NCBI GenBank assembly: GCA_047495785.1
Contig: JBLDXI010000001.1
Span: forward strand, 4,588,001-4,652,000
From: Lepidodermella squamata
Taxonomy: Eukaryota > Animalia > Gastrotricha
DNA: 64,000 bases
Direction of reading: 5' to 3'
Part shown: positions 1 to 13,330 of the stretch, one piece after another
Layout: each line of letters starts with the position of its first letter
Numbering within the stretch: position 1 is the stretch's first letter
The notes under the pieces: generated by a model
The model's input: the letters and a program-made list of their open reading frames with translations, nothing else
Databases searched by the model: none
What the model was told of the DNA's origin: nothing
Program-made: the position numbers and the translations under genes

Positions 1-284
1 CTGCTTTACTGCGGAGTCATCAAACTTATGCCAGAAAATTTCATAAACCTCACCTGTCCTTAATCATCAGGCGACCGATTGAAGTCTAGTATAGACATCA
101 ATGCTTGCCTTTTCTAGGGCTATCTAACGGTACCCCACTCAAGGGGTATCAGCCTGCTACCTTCAAGAATTGCTATGCTGGAGTCACCCCATTTTTGCAT
201 GGCTAAGTGACCCCACCGTCAAAGTCACCCAAGTTGACGGTAACAGGTCAACTAATCAGTGGTCCAGAATTAAGAAAGCGTTCT

Positions 285-846
285 TCATCCAAAACGGAAG
301 TAACTGAAACCAGAACTTCTATAGCTCGAATATGAGTAAAATCCTGATGTTCCGTTCGAGTAAATAGCAATTGGCACTGCTACAGCGACAACCGCTACCA
401 CTGCGATAGTTACCGCCTATTGATCAATAGCAATCATTTTCAGCTGATCTTGTAAATTATCAACTCACCAGAGCTGTTATCGCGCAGCCCCTTGCATACA
501 AGAAGTCGTGTACACCCGCCGCCGGTTTTCGGCATCTCACAATAGCAGGAATCGCGCAGGACAGAGCTGGTAAGAAGAAGATCGCACTAACAATTATGGC
601 GGCCAGAGACAGAGTTTTCGCATGGGTGGCTAGTTGATAGTCATAGCCAGGCATGATGACCGGGGTGACAGGGTACCCTGGATAAACAGGTTGTAGCATT
701 GTTATAGGGGCATGCGGTTGGGGTGTTGGCGGTGGCCCTGATGAGGGATTTGGCGTCTTCGCCCTCATCGCAGCTTCATAGCTAGGGGGAGGCTCAGGAT
801 GCACCTGGTTTGATGCACCCGTGCTATTACGCTGTTCGGAGCTCAT
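285..846 (-). CDS. Proline-rich membrane protein, CD225/dispanin (PRRT/IFITM)-like; 2 exons (846-469, 416-285)
   Basis: N-terminal PPPSY motif and Pro-rich region, then two hydrophobic segments. A GT-AG intron at 468-417 joins ITAL to AVTIAVVAVVAVAVPIAIY...FRFG*. Confidence 0.6.
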
Positions 847-1243
847 TTTAGAGAAGTAGAGAATCAAGGTATTCTATAGCTGCTCGTTTGCGAATGAGAG
901 ACTGATTCATGGAAATCCTCATGGTGAGACGTCATTGCGAACGGTACTCCATTGAATGCGGGCCCTTTGGAAGGATTTTCAAAAGACTTGCAATCGTGAT
1001 TCACTTCTGAAAGGCAATACAACTTATACATAAAAGGCAGGCAAGATAATGCTTTCTATTCCTAACTAAAGTGGAAATCTCGGAAGAATTCAGCTGAAAA
1101 TGATGCTGTCAAGAATTATTGATAATTTACTTTCTATTTTTTTAAAGTTGTCACATCACATTGTGGAAAACAGCAAAGAGATAATGAACTCGAAAAATGC
1201 TTTTTCACTGACTTTATTTCGAGCAGAAGTCCTCTCTGAAGTC

Positions 1244-1276
1244 AGGATTCTGGATTCTGGATTCTGGATTCTGGAT
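1244..1276. repeat. Short tandem repeat (GGATTCT)n, about 4.5 units
   Basis: ggattctggattctggattctggattctggat read directly. Confidence 0.8.
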
Positions 1277-1948
1277 ATACGAACTTGAAGATTGCTTTGC
1301 ACAACCGCGTGTCATTTCGAATAACCCTTTCCATCGCTTTCCTTCGCCACCAAATCATAGGATGTTCAAAAAGTCGCCTATGATTTACGAAGCAGGGTGT
1401 CTTATTGGTTCATGATCAACTTATCAATTTCTTCGATAATTCTTCATTCTTCTTAGCTGAAAATGATAAACACAATGAGATTTCCAGCTGGGTTGGCTTC
1501 AGGCTTTGCATACATCGAAAGCGGTAAGGCAAGGAAGGACCCAATGAGTGAGGTACTGTTGGATACGGAAAAATCAATTCCGCAAAAGAATACCTGTAAA
1601 GATCCGCCTGTTTTGGCTTTGTATTAAAAGGAGACTTATTTGTTAAGAGGGATTGTAAATGCAGTTTTATTTAGCAAAAATTGCAATATTATCCAACAGC
1701 TCAAATCACTTCCCGGTACCGTCAAATGGGGCCTTTGAGCAGTCGGGTCCCTTTGACATGTCAATGTGAGGTGGTCTTTACCTTGGCACCTTCGATTTCT
1801 GATATGCCAAAGTAACTTATTTTGGCATATCAAAGTGAACCGACTGCTCAAAGGCCCCATTTGACAGTATAGTCTCTCATCTCTAACCGGATGTATGTCT
1901 ATGATTGGCAAAACAGTAACAAGCTATTATGAATAGCTTTTGCAGAGA

Positions 1949-3537
1949 CTACGCGGGCACAGTTTGAATTCCGGACTGAGTTCTCAACTCTAGCAAGCTT
2001 GCGCCGATAGAAGCAACAATAATGATGAAAGCTACGGCGGCTAGGGTAAGATTGCGGTAAGATTCGGGCATCCAGGTCATCCAAGCCTTGACAGGGAAGC
2101 TTGTTGCTGCTTGTTCATTTTCAAAAAAACTTTTCTCTCCCCATAAATCCTTGATAGCTTGCTCTTTCTCTTCAAGGCGTTTTACAGCTTTGTCAACTTC
2201 GACTAGCGCGTCGTCCAGATTCTCTAAAGCGCTAGCGACGCGATGCTGCACCTCGCGGTTTTTCGGCAGGCCAATCCAAGCGCCCGAGATTATCCCAATG
2301 CTGGCCATCACAAATTTGGTACTAAAACCATGAGATGGATTTATCAAAAACGCAGCGACAACACTCACAGCAGCAACACTAGCCCCGAAATACATGTAAA
2401 ATTTGTCAGATTCCTCAAGACGAGCTTTGTGGTCGGCTAGCTTGTTCTCAAGATGGTGCAAACGCACTCTGATGTCTTTCAAGCAAAAATGAGCCTGTAT
2501 CAGCTCATCCCGAACCGCATCCATGGCGCGATTTTGCAGTAAATCCGCCGCTTTTTTGATATGCTCCTCCAGTTGAATGAATTTCTGGCCAATATAACCA
2601 GTGTCCTTCAACTCATCCTGCGCCTGCTTGACGTCCGCATTTATAGCATCAACCTGCGTTTGCAGGCGGTGAGAAGCGTAAGCTACAACGGATATAGCGA
2701 TGCCGCTGAAAACTATCGGGGTTAAATTTCCCATGACGACGGCGTACACTTTGCTGCACATCTTTATGGCAGTTTCTTTATCCAAAGATTCCACTTTCGC
2801 CAGTAATTGGTATACAATTTCTCCGAGTTTTTCATCGACACGAACAATTGCGTCTCGAAATGTAGTTAAGCGTGATTTCAGCTTATTAGGAACATAGGCG
2901 ATTGCGGCATCTTTCAGCTGTAGCAGATACGTTCCAAACTTCTCGAATTCGTCCCAGTTTTCCACAACTGAATCAGTCTGAAAATGTTGAGAATTTGTTT
3001 CAAAAGTGTAACGCACAACATTAGGAGAGTTCCAGTTATATATTCGCTAGAATGTTAAGCAAATGTGTGGAATTTCGACTGCAATGAAGCGAACTGCTTA
3101 ACATAGGATCCTACATCGAATTACTCCAAAAAAATAGTAGGTTTAAAGATATTCCATCGCTGGCTTGAAAGCTTTTTCTATCGTTGAAGCAGTCAACCAA
3201 AGTACTTCTGATCTCGTCCTAAATCCTAAAGAAATTTCGCCAAACTTACAGCGTTTTTCAGTAGAAGCAAGTTGCCCCTGATATGGACAACACCGGGTTG
3301 GAACTCTTTCGGTATCAAACTCAGCAGATCGTTGATTCCGCCCAAGAAGCCGGATACAGCTACGACAAATAGCATTACGGTACTTGTATTCGTTTTTATC
3401 ACAATTAGAGAATTACCTTGAACGACATCCCGAAGCTTAGATTCCGACTTTGGAGGGGGATCGACCTTTGCTACACCAGGGACGGCAAGCAGCCACGCAT
3501 ATACCAAGTAGTTATAAAAACCTTTCCATCTCCACAT
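1949..3537 (-). CDS. Secreted/membrane alpha-helical protein, paralog 1 (signal peptide, coiled coils, hydrophobic hairpin, C-terminal TM); exons 3537-3417, 3359-3250, 2977-1949
   Basis: Starts MWRWKGFYNYLVYAWLLAVPG. Introns at 3416-3360 and 3249-2978 fall at the same positions as in paralog 2, and the proteins align throughout with 6185-7416. Confidence 0.75.
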
Positions 3538-4295
3538 CTTTGACTGAGTTCAGGCAATCCTGTAACTCCGAGAGTATATCAGCAGCAACGACGTATTTTC
3601 TTTGACGAGCAGCTTATCATATCAGTTTCTTAACGGTTTATCAGTTTCTCACTGACTTTTTTCTTTCCACCGCGTTGAAAAAAACATCTTAAATGATAAC
3701 ATTGAGGAAGGAATTTGGAAGTGGTCGGGCATCAGAATAACATCCTATGATGAATACACGGCATAGACGATGGATTTCAACCTGCTTTTACTTTAGAAGC
3801 GATGTCAATTTCTCAGCGACCTTGTGTAAACGAAGTTGATCTGTTAACCCGCAAGAATCATGTGAATTATTAGATATTTCAAAGGATTGTAATACGAATA
3901 TAATAGGAACTGTAAAACATCAAGAATCGGAATATGGCTCAGTTAAAGTCAAGTGTTCACAAATTAAAGGGAAACAGCCAAGAACAAGAAAAAATTATTT
4001 TTATTCATTTCTTTATTTCGTGTAGCGTCAATATCTTCCCGACGTTTTTTGAAACCGGCTACTTTTGCGCATTCGACGTTTCCGCACAGATTTAAATTAT
4101 AGAAAATATATTTATCCTAATTATTCATTTGAAATTTGCACCCCGAATTTTGTTTATCGTCAGTTTTCGTAATTTTATATTTTTTCATGACGGCATTTCC
4201 CCTCCGACAGTTGTTCATCAGATAAAAATAATTTTTAATTCGAAGTGATTTTTCATGTTGCCATGTTCCATGTTGCCAAACAGTTGCACACTTAA

Positions 4296-4800
4296 CACTT
4301 TAACTGCCAAAAATAGACTGCGAGGTCCGATATTTGGGTCTAATTCCTGGGTCTGTCAAAAAGTCATTTTTTTCGGGTCAACGATGCGTCGAGAGGCAAA
4401 ATACCTGACGGCAAAGTGTAGGCCATGACCTGGCGGTTCTTTTGACACCGAATTTGGGGCCAAAGACTTCAAGGAACGCACAGAAATCAAACTTGAAAAA
4501 CAGTGAAATTTCGATTGTTGCGCCATAATCTGGGTCTAATAATTAGGTCCAATTCTTAGGTCTGATTTTTGGCTCTAATCCAAAATTTTCGACGTTATTT
4601 CACTGTCATTTTCAATGACCTGCTCAGACCTTGTGGCCCCGAATTCGGTGTCAAAAGAACCGCCAGGTCATGGCCTACACTTTGCCGTCAGCCATTTTGC
4701 CTCTCGACGCATTGTTGACCCGAAAAAAATGACTTTTTGACAGACCCAGGAATTAGACCCAAATATCGGACCTCGCAGTCTATTTTTGGCAGTTAAAGTG
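4296..4800. mobile_element. MITE with long (about 170 bp) terminal inverted repeats and TTAA target duplication (piggyBac-type)
   Basis: TTAA|CACTTTAACTGCCAAAAATAGACTGCGAGG...CCTCGCAGTCTATTTTTGGCAGTTAAAGTG|TTAA; no coding capacity. Confidence 0.9.
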
Positions 4801-5060
4801 TTAAAGCCGCGACGTTATTGCCATCTCGCTAGAGGTTCTTGGGTCTTGGGAACTAGCCCGACGAAATCGCCGATGATCGGTGATTGCTCAACATGCTTCA
4901 GCTCCCTTCGCAACGCGTTGTGGACACATTTAGACTATAATCGAGAAAAATCACCCCAATCAGCTTTTAGCTAGTGAATTCCCTTCAATTAGGGCCTTGG
5001 GAGTATCCTAAAATACCGATTTTCAAAATGTATTGTAACGCGCCACACGAGTGCTCGAAA

Positions 5061-5139
5061 GTGTCGTACCCGGGGATTGAACCCGGGCTGCCTTTCTGAG
5101 AAGGCACGGCTCTAACCTTTGAGCCACCATGGCCGACAC
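5061..5139 (-). ncRNA. tRNA-like element (tRNA pseudogene or tRNA-derived SINE head)
   Basis: Minus strand has an A-box/D-arm (TGGCTCAAAGGTTAGAGC) and a T-arm (CCGGG-TTCAATC-CCCGG). The acceptor stem and anticodon loop are non-canonical. Confidence 0.55.
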
Positions 5140-6184
5140 ACACTCCGTGTTCGCTTACGCGGTTGTAAGGGGACCAGGAGGAGAGATGGGAGGTGGACTC
5201 GCTCCCTATATGTATCTGAATTCTTGCTGAAAAATCAACACTTAATTCATCTACCGAAAGCATGGAATCTGTTCTTGTATCTGAATTTACGCTTTCGGTA
5301 AATGAATTGGGGTGATTATTACTGGTATAATGGATGAGCGCAGAACTTGATGTCTTAGACCTCAAGTTCTAAGACCCAAAAAAGCGACCCAGGACCCAAC
5401 TTATTTGATCTATAAGTGACCAAACTGTCTTCATTCGTGATTTTAGACCTAAGGTTTCCGAGGTAGCTATTCAATTTTGCAACGCTTTCCGAGACTCCAG
5501 CCGATAATTTGTACAATTTGAGGCAACCAATTGACTCGACCAATCGTCATCTAATGACCCATGACGAGAACATTGATCCATTATTTGCTGCCAGTAACCG
5601 TCATGCAGGCGCCACGAAAGGTTGCCACGGGGTTGAAATGCTGATTGAATATTTACTTGCCAACCGTCAGGGATCTATTGTCGATAAAATACTGACGGGG
5701 CGATAATGCCGGGTAAATTTTGTCGGTTCAAAAATGTCGCAAATAAAAAATATGATGTTAATTGAAATGTTAATGCGAAAGTGTCGGTTGGGAAATGTTG
5801 AAGAATAAATCATTTTCGATAATGAATTGACGGAGTGAAAAAGTCGGTAAACAGAAGTAGCAGGTTTGCGCAACCGTCGGGACGATAAGGATAAGGTCGG
5901 TAGACCCTTTATTTGTATCATATATTCACTGCGGTTTAGACGCAGTTAGAGATTTTGCTGTTTTACTGCTAAAATCGGTGTTATTTTTACCAGGCAGTTT
6001 TGGAGTAATCCCCCACAGCCTTTCAATTATCAGAATGATAGCTGTGGTAGTAACAGATATGTATTTCAAAGTCGGTCGACGTCAAAGGCTTAATCAATAT
6101 TAATAGAGTTGCATTTGAGAAATCACAATAGATACAGCTCAAATTATTAGTTGGCAGTCATCCTTACTGAGATTTCGACATTGA

Positions 6185-7416
6185 TCACCCGTGCTGGCGG
6201 CTTTTAGCAGCTTTTACGCGTTGGATTGAAATTTTGCCATCCCACAACTCCTTCAGAGCTTTCTCTTTCTCTTCAAGACGTACCAATGCTCTACCAACCT
6301 CAATGAGGGCGTCTTCAAGGCTTCTCGAAATCTCGGTGATGCGATCCTTCGCATCCCCGGCAAGCCAAGCACCCGTAATAACACCAATGCTAGCAGTTGC
6401 ACCCTTAGCCATCCATCCAAGTGCAGGATTGATCAAGAAAGCAGCGCCAACACTGCCCATTGCGACCACACCGCCAATGACATTGTAGAGCCTCTCTGAT
6501 TCTTCCATTTGCGTCTTATGGTTGATAAGCACGATCGCGAGGTGAGACAACTTATGTTTGATATCCTTAACGCAGGATTCGGCTTGATGCAGCCTGTCTC
6601 GAACCGCCTCCATAGCGCGCTCGCCGAGGAGTTTCGCTGCATCAGCGAGATAGTGATCGAGCTCTATGAACTTTTTGCCAACATAGCCAGTGTCCTTCAG
6701 CTCCTCTTGCGTCTGCTTGATATCAGCGTTTATAGCATCGACCTGCTTTTGCAGTTGGTACGACATGTAAGCTACGAATAAGATGGATGTGCTGCTCAAC
6801 ACAATCGGCGTCAAATTTGTCATGACGAAGCTGAAAACCTCGCTGCATGCTTTTAATGCTGATTCTTTGCTCAGTGATTCAAGTTGGGAGACAAGCTTGT
6901 CAACAGCTAAGCCCAGCGTTTCGTCAACAGCAGCTACTGCGTTTCGAAAAGCCACCAGACGAGTTTTAAACTCAGCAGGGACGAAGGCAATAGCAGCATC
7001 TTTCAGCTGGATTAGATAAGTTCCAAACGTCTCGAATTTGTCCCAATCTTTTACGGCCGAGTCTGTCTGCGAAGGTGAAATATTATTTTATACACTCATC
7101 TAGTTCATCACACAAAGTCTCATCTTCTAGACTTACAAATTTTTTAATCCAAACCAAGTACGACTTGACATCATCAACGGGTTTATAACCTTTCGGTATC
7201 ATACCAAGCAGTTCGTTGAATGCTCCCAAGGCTGCGGATATGGCTAAAATTGAAGTGGCTAAATGTCTTATTGATTTATATCGGTTGACTATTATTACCC
7301 CGCACAACTTCGCGTAAATTCGACGTCGATTCGGGTGCTGCGTTGCCATTGACATCAGGGGCAGCAAGCAGCCAGGCGCAGACTAAACAGTTATATAGTC
7401 CGGTCCACTTCCACAT
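6185..7416 (-). CDS. Secreted alpha-helical protein, paralog 2 of 1949-3537; exons 7416-7299, 7243-7137, 7066-6185
   Basis: Starts MWKWTGLYNCLVCAWLLAAP. GT-AG introns restore one frame. Shares FGTYLxQLKDAAIA, NLTPIV, QVDAINAD, ELKDTGY and AAFLINP with paralog 1 but lacks its C-terminal TM. Confidence 0.75.
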
Positions 7417-8670
7417 AATTGGGATGATGAGAAATAACCACCTCGGAAAGCTTCATCGCAAACCTAGGGATGCCTTTTTATACACTTGATCCGTAATCTT
7501 CTGTTCCTGTGTTTCCAAGGAATTACTCTTATCTAGTCTAGGGAGATAATTTTTGTAAACGTGTTAAAAAAAAACCATTGCATTCCAGGATTAAAAGCAC
7601 TTTTTTAATGACGTGGCCAACTGAAAAACTTCTTATCACTAGAATTCGAACGCAGGGCCCTTATGGGCACAAGCCTCAAGCGGTAAATGTTGCAAACAGT
7701 TGTAAAATGAATAATGGATACTTGAAAGAATATACAGCCACCTTGATTTATTGAGTGACACAAGTGTTTCTGAGGAATTTCCGTTTATGAAACGGTACGA
7801 ACAAGAAGGTAACGCGAAGATGAAGATACAAATGGGAATATTCAATGCGACACCGATGTTGAAATTGCGATAATGATTTAACTCCGTCTAGAATAGAGTT
7901 AATTCTGGAGAAATAACCCGATAGTCAGACTTGTAGTCAGATCGGTACATCAACCTTTTCATTTCTTAATATGTTTCTGGATCTCTGACGAAAAGCATCT
8001 TCGATTCGGAAGTTTTAGATCTGAAACTCCATCCAGCCGTCTGCTTCGTGCGTACTCAAACACATTGACTGTGACCTGGAACAGTAGGGCTCCAACTGGG
8101 AAGTCGGTAATTCTATCAAACAATTGTCATTTTCCCACAATAAATTCCATTTTTATACGCTCTTTCTCGCGCCGTTCAGCAAACTGAAACTTATGGCGGC
8201 AACGATCGAATAACGAGCTGATCACAGCCGATCTGGAAAGGGCTCCAACTTGGAAGTCTGTAATTATATTTTATAATTGTCAGTTTATTTTCCAAAAATT
8301 TTAATCGAGAAATAAAAAATTCTCTATGCGTTCTCTTCTTTCTATAAAAAATACTTGGGCTTTCCAGCAAATTCAAACATAGGGTGGCAAGCGGCAACGA
8401 TCTAATAAAGAGCGGAGGAGTTCATCAAGCAGCACGTCAATGAGCGAAAGCGACTCCCACAGGCCAGCGGCTGCCTGGGCTCCGCAGCCAATCAAACTCC
8501 CGATTTGCGTGCTTAGCAGTAAGGTCACGCGATCATATTTACCTTTTTGCGTTTTTTGCGCTAAGAACCGCCCCATGGGTATTGACTTGCGCAGACTCAG
8601 TTGAGGTCGTTCGAAAGGAAAAACTGGCAGGATTTGCAATAATCAAATTTTTATCGTCGAAATAAAAGAA

Positions 8671-11501
8671 ATGTCACAAAAAACTCGTCCTGGCAGTGCT
8701 GGTTCGAAGGGCACATGGAACGATGCTGATTTCGACGGCGGGCGATCGTCGGAGATCTACGACGATGGCGAGATTCGAGCTACCCTTGGCATCCCCAAGG
8801 CCTACTCCAAAAGCGCGGCACCTGCTGTTGACGTTAAAGAAGAGGCCAAGGGTGTTGGGACCTTTTTCAAGGGTGAGTAAATCTGGTAAATCTGAAAATT
8901 GAAACTATTGTTACATGTCCTTTCAGAGCTGATCAAGCCTCCTCAAAGCACCGGCGATCCTATTAAGGATAAGGACATTTACATCAAGGTGACCATGAGG
9001 GAATTCCTTACTTACGCGGTTTTCTTGGCCATTATCGCCATCTGCTCTTTTGGATCGACCAGGTAAGCCTAGAATTCCAGTTCCAAATTCTTCGAAACTT
9101 TAGAAATTTCCAACCTTGCAAGTATCTCTAATTAATTATTGGATCAAACGTACTAATTTGTGTTATTAGCACAACGTTCTACAACTACACCAAGGTCATG
9201 AAATCCCAATTCATCCAATCACCAAACACTCCGAGTACTCAAACGACCTTCGAAACAATGGAAAGCATCAATGACATTTGGGACTATCTCGGCTCGACTG
9301 GCGATCCCGACGGCGATAATTTCACAGCCGGAGCCTTTCAAAGCGCTCTGTTTGCCTGGGAATCATGGTTCATCAACGCACCAACGGATGGGAAAGATGG
9401 CAAATTCCGAGTCAACAAGCTCCTCGGCGTACCTCGACTACGTCAAGTGAAAGTTCGAAACGACTCTTGCGCGATTGCTAAGAGCTTTGCGAAGTACATC
9501 GACTTCTGCTACGATGAGTATTCATCGCGAAGTGTAGACAAAAGCCCGTTTGGTGACATGTCCCAACTAACTGGGCTAACGAATGACACCAAAGCCTGGA
9601 AGTGGGCCTCGGCTAAGGAAACAAACGCAACGAGCTACGATGGAGTTATGGGCTCATACGACGCTAGCGGTTTCTTCATCGATTTGTCAACTGATCCGGC
9701 TGAAACTGCGAAAATCATCAATGAACTGAGGGACAACAAATGGATTGATGCTGGAACCCGAGGTCTATTCATCGACTTCACCATGTACAACGCCCAGGTT
9801 AATCTTTTCAGCGTTATCAAGCTTCTGATCGAGTTGCCGCCAACTGGAGGCGCTTTTCCTCACTCCGAGTTCAGAACAGTCCGCCTTTTGCGATATGTCA
9901 CGAATTTCGACTATTTCGTCGCGGCTTGTGAGGTCCTCTTCTGCCTCTACATCCTTTTCTTCACATTTGAGGAGATAATCGAACTGTTCCGCCGTAAAAT
10001 GGCTTATTTCAAGTCGCTATGGAACCTGCTAGATACGATTGTTGTCTTTTTGGGCTTTACCTGTATCGGCTTCTCAATTGCTAGAATGACGAAGCTGGAT
10101 TCGATGTTGGACGACCTTTTGGCTAACCCTGATGGCTACGTCAACTTCGACTCGCTCTCCGGCTGGCAGGTTACTATCAACAACGTAATGGCTATGATGA
10201 TTTTCTGCGCCTGGATCAAGATCTTCAAGTACATCAGCTTCAACACGACCATGACACAACTGTCGTCCACTCTGCAGTCATGCGTGACCGATATGGCTGG
10301 TTTCCTATTCCTCTTCGTCATCGTCTTCATCGCTTTTGCCCAGTTTGGCTACTGCGTCTTCGGCTCGAAGATTGATACGTTCGCTACGTTTACGGACTCG
10401 TTCTTCACCCTGTTCCGCCTTATCCTGGGCGATTTCGATTTCCCGAGCTTCGAATACGCTGATCCTTACCTCGGCCCGGCCTATTTCGTGATTTTCGTAT
10501 TTTTCGTCTTCTTCGTCATGCTTAACATGTTCCTGGCCATCATTAACGATGCTTATGCCGATGTTAAGGAACGCATTGATAAGCCTGAGATTGAACTGAC
10601 GGATTTCATGAAGCGCAACTACGACAAAGTCTTGGATAAACTGAATTTGAAGAAGGAACGTATTGTCGACATCCAACAGGCGATTCGAACCGGCGATAAA
10701 GATGGCGATAAGAAGCTGGACTACGAAGAATGGCGACGTGAGTTGAAGGCACGTGGCTATCCTGAGTGCGAAATCGAAGCTTTGTTCTCACGCTACGATA
10801 CTGATGGTGATCGAAATCTCAGCGGTCTTGAACAGGAGGATATGCTGAAAGAGCTTGAAAATCAGAAGAACGAAATTGATAATGAGGATAAGCGAGGGTT
10901 GTTCAAAAAGCCGACCAAGAACGAGGGTGGTTCCGCCAAGGTTTCATCTACGGATATGAATGCGCTGTCACGTAGGGTGGACAAATTGGAGGACAACATC
11001 GGAACAGTCGTTTCGAAAATTGATATGGTTCTGAACAAGCTCGAAGGTGAGTTGAATGGGTAAAATATTCAAATTATCATTTCCGAAGAAATCGTGTTCT
11101 TTTCATCCTTGAATTCCCCTCGATATCCGGCTTTGCATCCCTTCCTGTAAATCACTCTTAATCTTTCACCCATTTTCCCTTGATCTTTAACAAGCTTACT
11201 CTATTCTCCGCCAGCATGATAGTTTTCTAAATCTCAATTTGCTTCGTTGCTCTTAGGAATGGATAAGGCGAAAAACAGGCGCCAAGAAACTGTCCAGAAG
11301 AAGCTCGAATCTATTCGCGAATCTGGAGCTACTGAAGAAGAGAAACGGGCCAAGATGGAGCAGCTGATACAGGCTGAGCTAGCTAAATGGGACGGTGAAG
11401 TTGCCAGCATCGGTAGTATGAACAGTGCCGGCAGTTCTACAAGCCATTTTATCGGCTCGAACAGCAGCATAAGCTGGTCTAAATCAGGCAAAAAATACTG
11501 A
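8671..11501 (+). CDS. PKD2: Polycystin-2 / TRPP cation channel; exons about 8671-8872, 8927-9062, 9170-11046, 11257-11501
   Basis: TM1 MREFLTYAVFL; polycystin-domain motif NKLLGVPRLRQVKVRNDSC; pore region FRLILGDFDF; S6 FVMLNMFLAIINDAY; EF-hand-like loops; C-terminal coiled coil RRVDKLEDNIGTVVSKID. PKD2 versus PKD2L1 is not resolved. Confidence 0.93.
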
Positions 11502-11926
11502 CATTAATTTGGCCAGTCTCCGAACTGATGAACTAATTTCAGACAACGCAAACCCGGTTTCACATGTTCTTGCCTTATTTAAGCTATTATAGAAGTTAGA
11601 TCCACAGAACTCGAAAAAGTAGACATATGGTAGACAAAATGACATAACTCAGGCCTCACGTTAAAAAGATGTCCCGACGTGCTGCGATAAGTGATAAAAT
11701 TGCAAAATATTCACATGGCTCTTGTTGATTCGTCCGAGGCAATCTCAATAAAAGGTCCAATGACCTTAAAACCTTCTTCGCGAGATTGATTATTATTTCA
11801 GGTTTCCGGTTAATTAGCAAATAAGGGGCAAATTGATTAGTTTTATTGAAAAGTTATCCAGATAAATGACGTTACAAATTAGAAACAACGGAAAGGTAAA
11901 TTTTTGGCTGGTTTCGGTCCTTTCAG

Positions 11927-12277
11927 TCACTGGCAGTTGTTATTCATGAAGTCAATTCGATTTTCCGGCTCCTCTTGGATGCATTTGCGAATTCGACCCT
12001 GTGAGTAGTCCGAGATGTAGAATGGCTTTCAAATGAGTTGGCTATATCATATGCTTACCGTGCTGTCGCAAGTTTCTCGACAGTCTGATTGTGTTAAATC
12101 GTCCAGCGCTGTGATTGCCATGAGCTCCAGCGCGGCTAGTTCAGCGTCGCTTAGCTCACTGATAGCTTTGATGAGCCTGTCTTGCCCAGCAATGCTGTCT
12201 TTGATAGGCTGGGGCAGAGTTCTTGCCACCAAAGCCGCGGCGAGTGCTGCAGGGATCAATAAGGCTATAGTGCACAT
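11927..12277 (-). CDS. Secreted 4-Cys family member A1; intron 12058-11999
   Basis: Signal peptide, acidic helix, then spliced CRETCDST|GRIRKCIQEEPENRIDFMNNNCQ*. TATA-like sequence near 12318. Confidence 0.85.
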
Positions 12278-12974
12278 GGTTTCAATATTTTAGAGATGCA
12301 CAGCTCAGGTCAGCATTATATATTAGGCTACCTGTCTTGAACTGGGTTGCTTAAGATAATTCAATTTCTAGTTTTTACGAAAACAGTATACGAGAATAGC
12401 AGTTCTATATTCCGGTGAGCAGACGGTTCTTCACCCACTAACTGCGCTAGATAATACTGTTATTAAGTTAAAACTTTCAGGGACGTGCAAGCAGTGACAG
12501 GCTGGGGCCTTGAGGCACATTATTTATCGTCCTCCAAGCGATTGGTGTCTAGGATCTGGAAATGGACACCTTGCCTCAACTCGCACAGTCAAGATATCGG
12601 GCTAAAGGTGGGTGCATGAGAAATCGACTGATATCTTACCTTATAAGGAAAACTTGGTGCCGCCTAGGGTCGTTGAGCGCTGAGAAAACAGGCAGTGAAG
12701 TTTCGCAAACGATCCAACAGCTGAACAATGTTTCGGATTTTAATGGCTAATTATGTACCCAGTGCATCATCAGAACCAGATGTTTGAAAAGCTATTTGTA
12801 AGACCTTTTCGGGTGATATCGGAGTATGCGTCCTCTTTATCATAGAACAACTACTCAACTACTTTTAGCATTCATTCTAATTTATTTTCACTGGAATACG
12901 GACATTAAAGTAAATTAATATAAGATGATTAGATGAATGTAGCGTCATTCGTCCAAGCATTCGTCATGCAATGT

Positions 12975-13330
12975 CTAGTTCGTAACTGCCTGAATACCGG
13001 AGTTACATCGTCTTTCGATATATCTTGAACGCTTTTCAGGAGATCTCTTGAGGCAGCGTCGAGTGTTCATCTGTAAATGCGGCGGGGGGTTAACAAGAAT
13101 TTGATTCGATTATTTGAACTTACTGCGTCTTTGCACCATGATTCGCACAATGTTTTAGTAACCTTGTCCAGCCCAGCAAAAGCTAATGCTTCGATTTCGG
13201 ATAGCTCGGCTTCGTTGAGAAATTCAAGGCCCTTGAGCATCCAATCTAACTCGGCGTCGAATCGATCCATCGGGGCTGTGAGACACGGAGCCATAATCAT
13301 AGCAATAAAAATAAAGAATTGAATATGCAT
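12975..13330 (-). CDS. Secreted 4-Cys family member A2; intron 13123-13071
   Basis: Signal peptide; spliced CESWCKDA|MNTRRCLKRSPEKRSRYIERRCNSGIQAVTN*. Confidence 0.85.

Noticed and set aside
8086-8290. Direct repeat AGGGCTCCAACT.GGAAGTC.GTAATT twice upstream of PKD2
   Set aside because: Only two degenerate copies; best explained as a small local duplication with no evidence of function.
2088-13322. Many ORF-track entries antisense to real genes (for example 2088-2333, 6234-6488, 10305-10676, 12033-12293, 13077-13322)
   Set aside because: They are shadows of coding strands, with no motifs or independent support.
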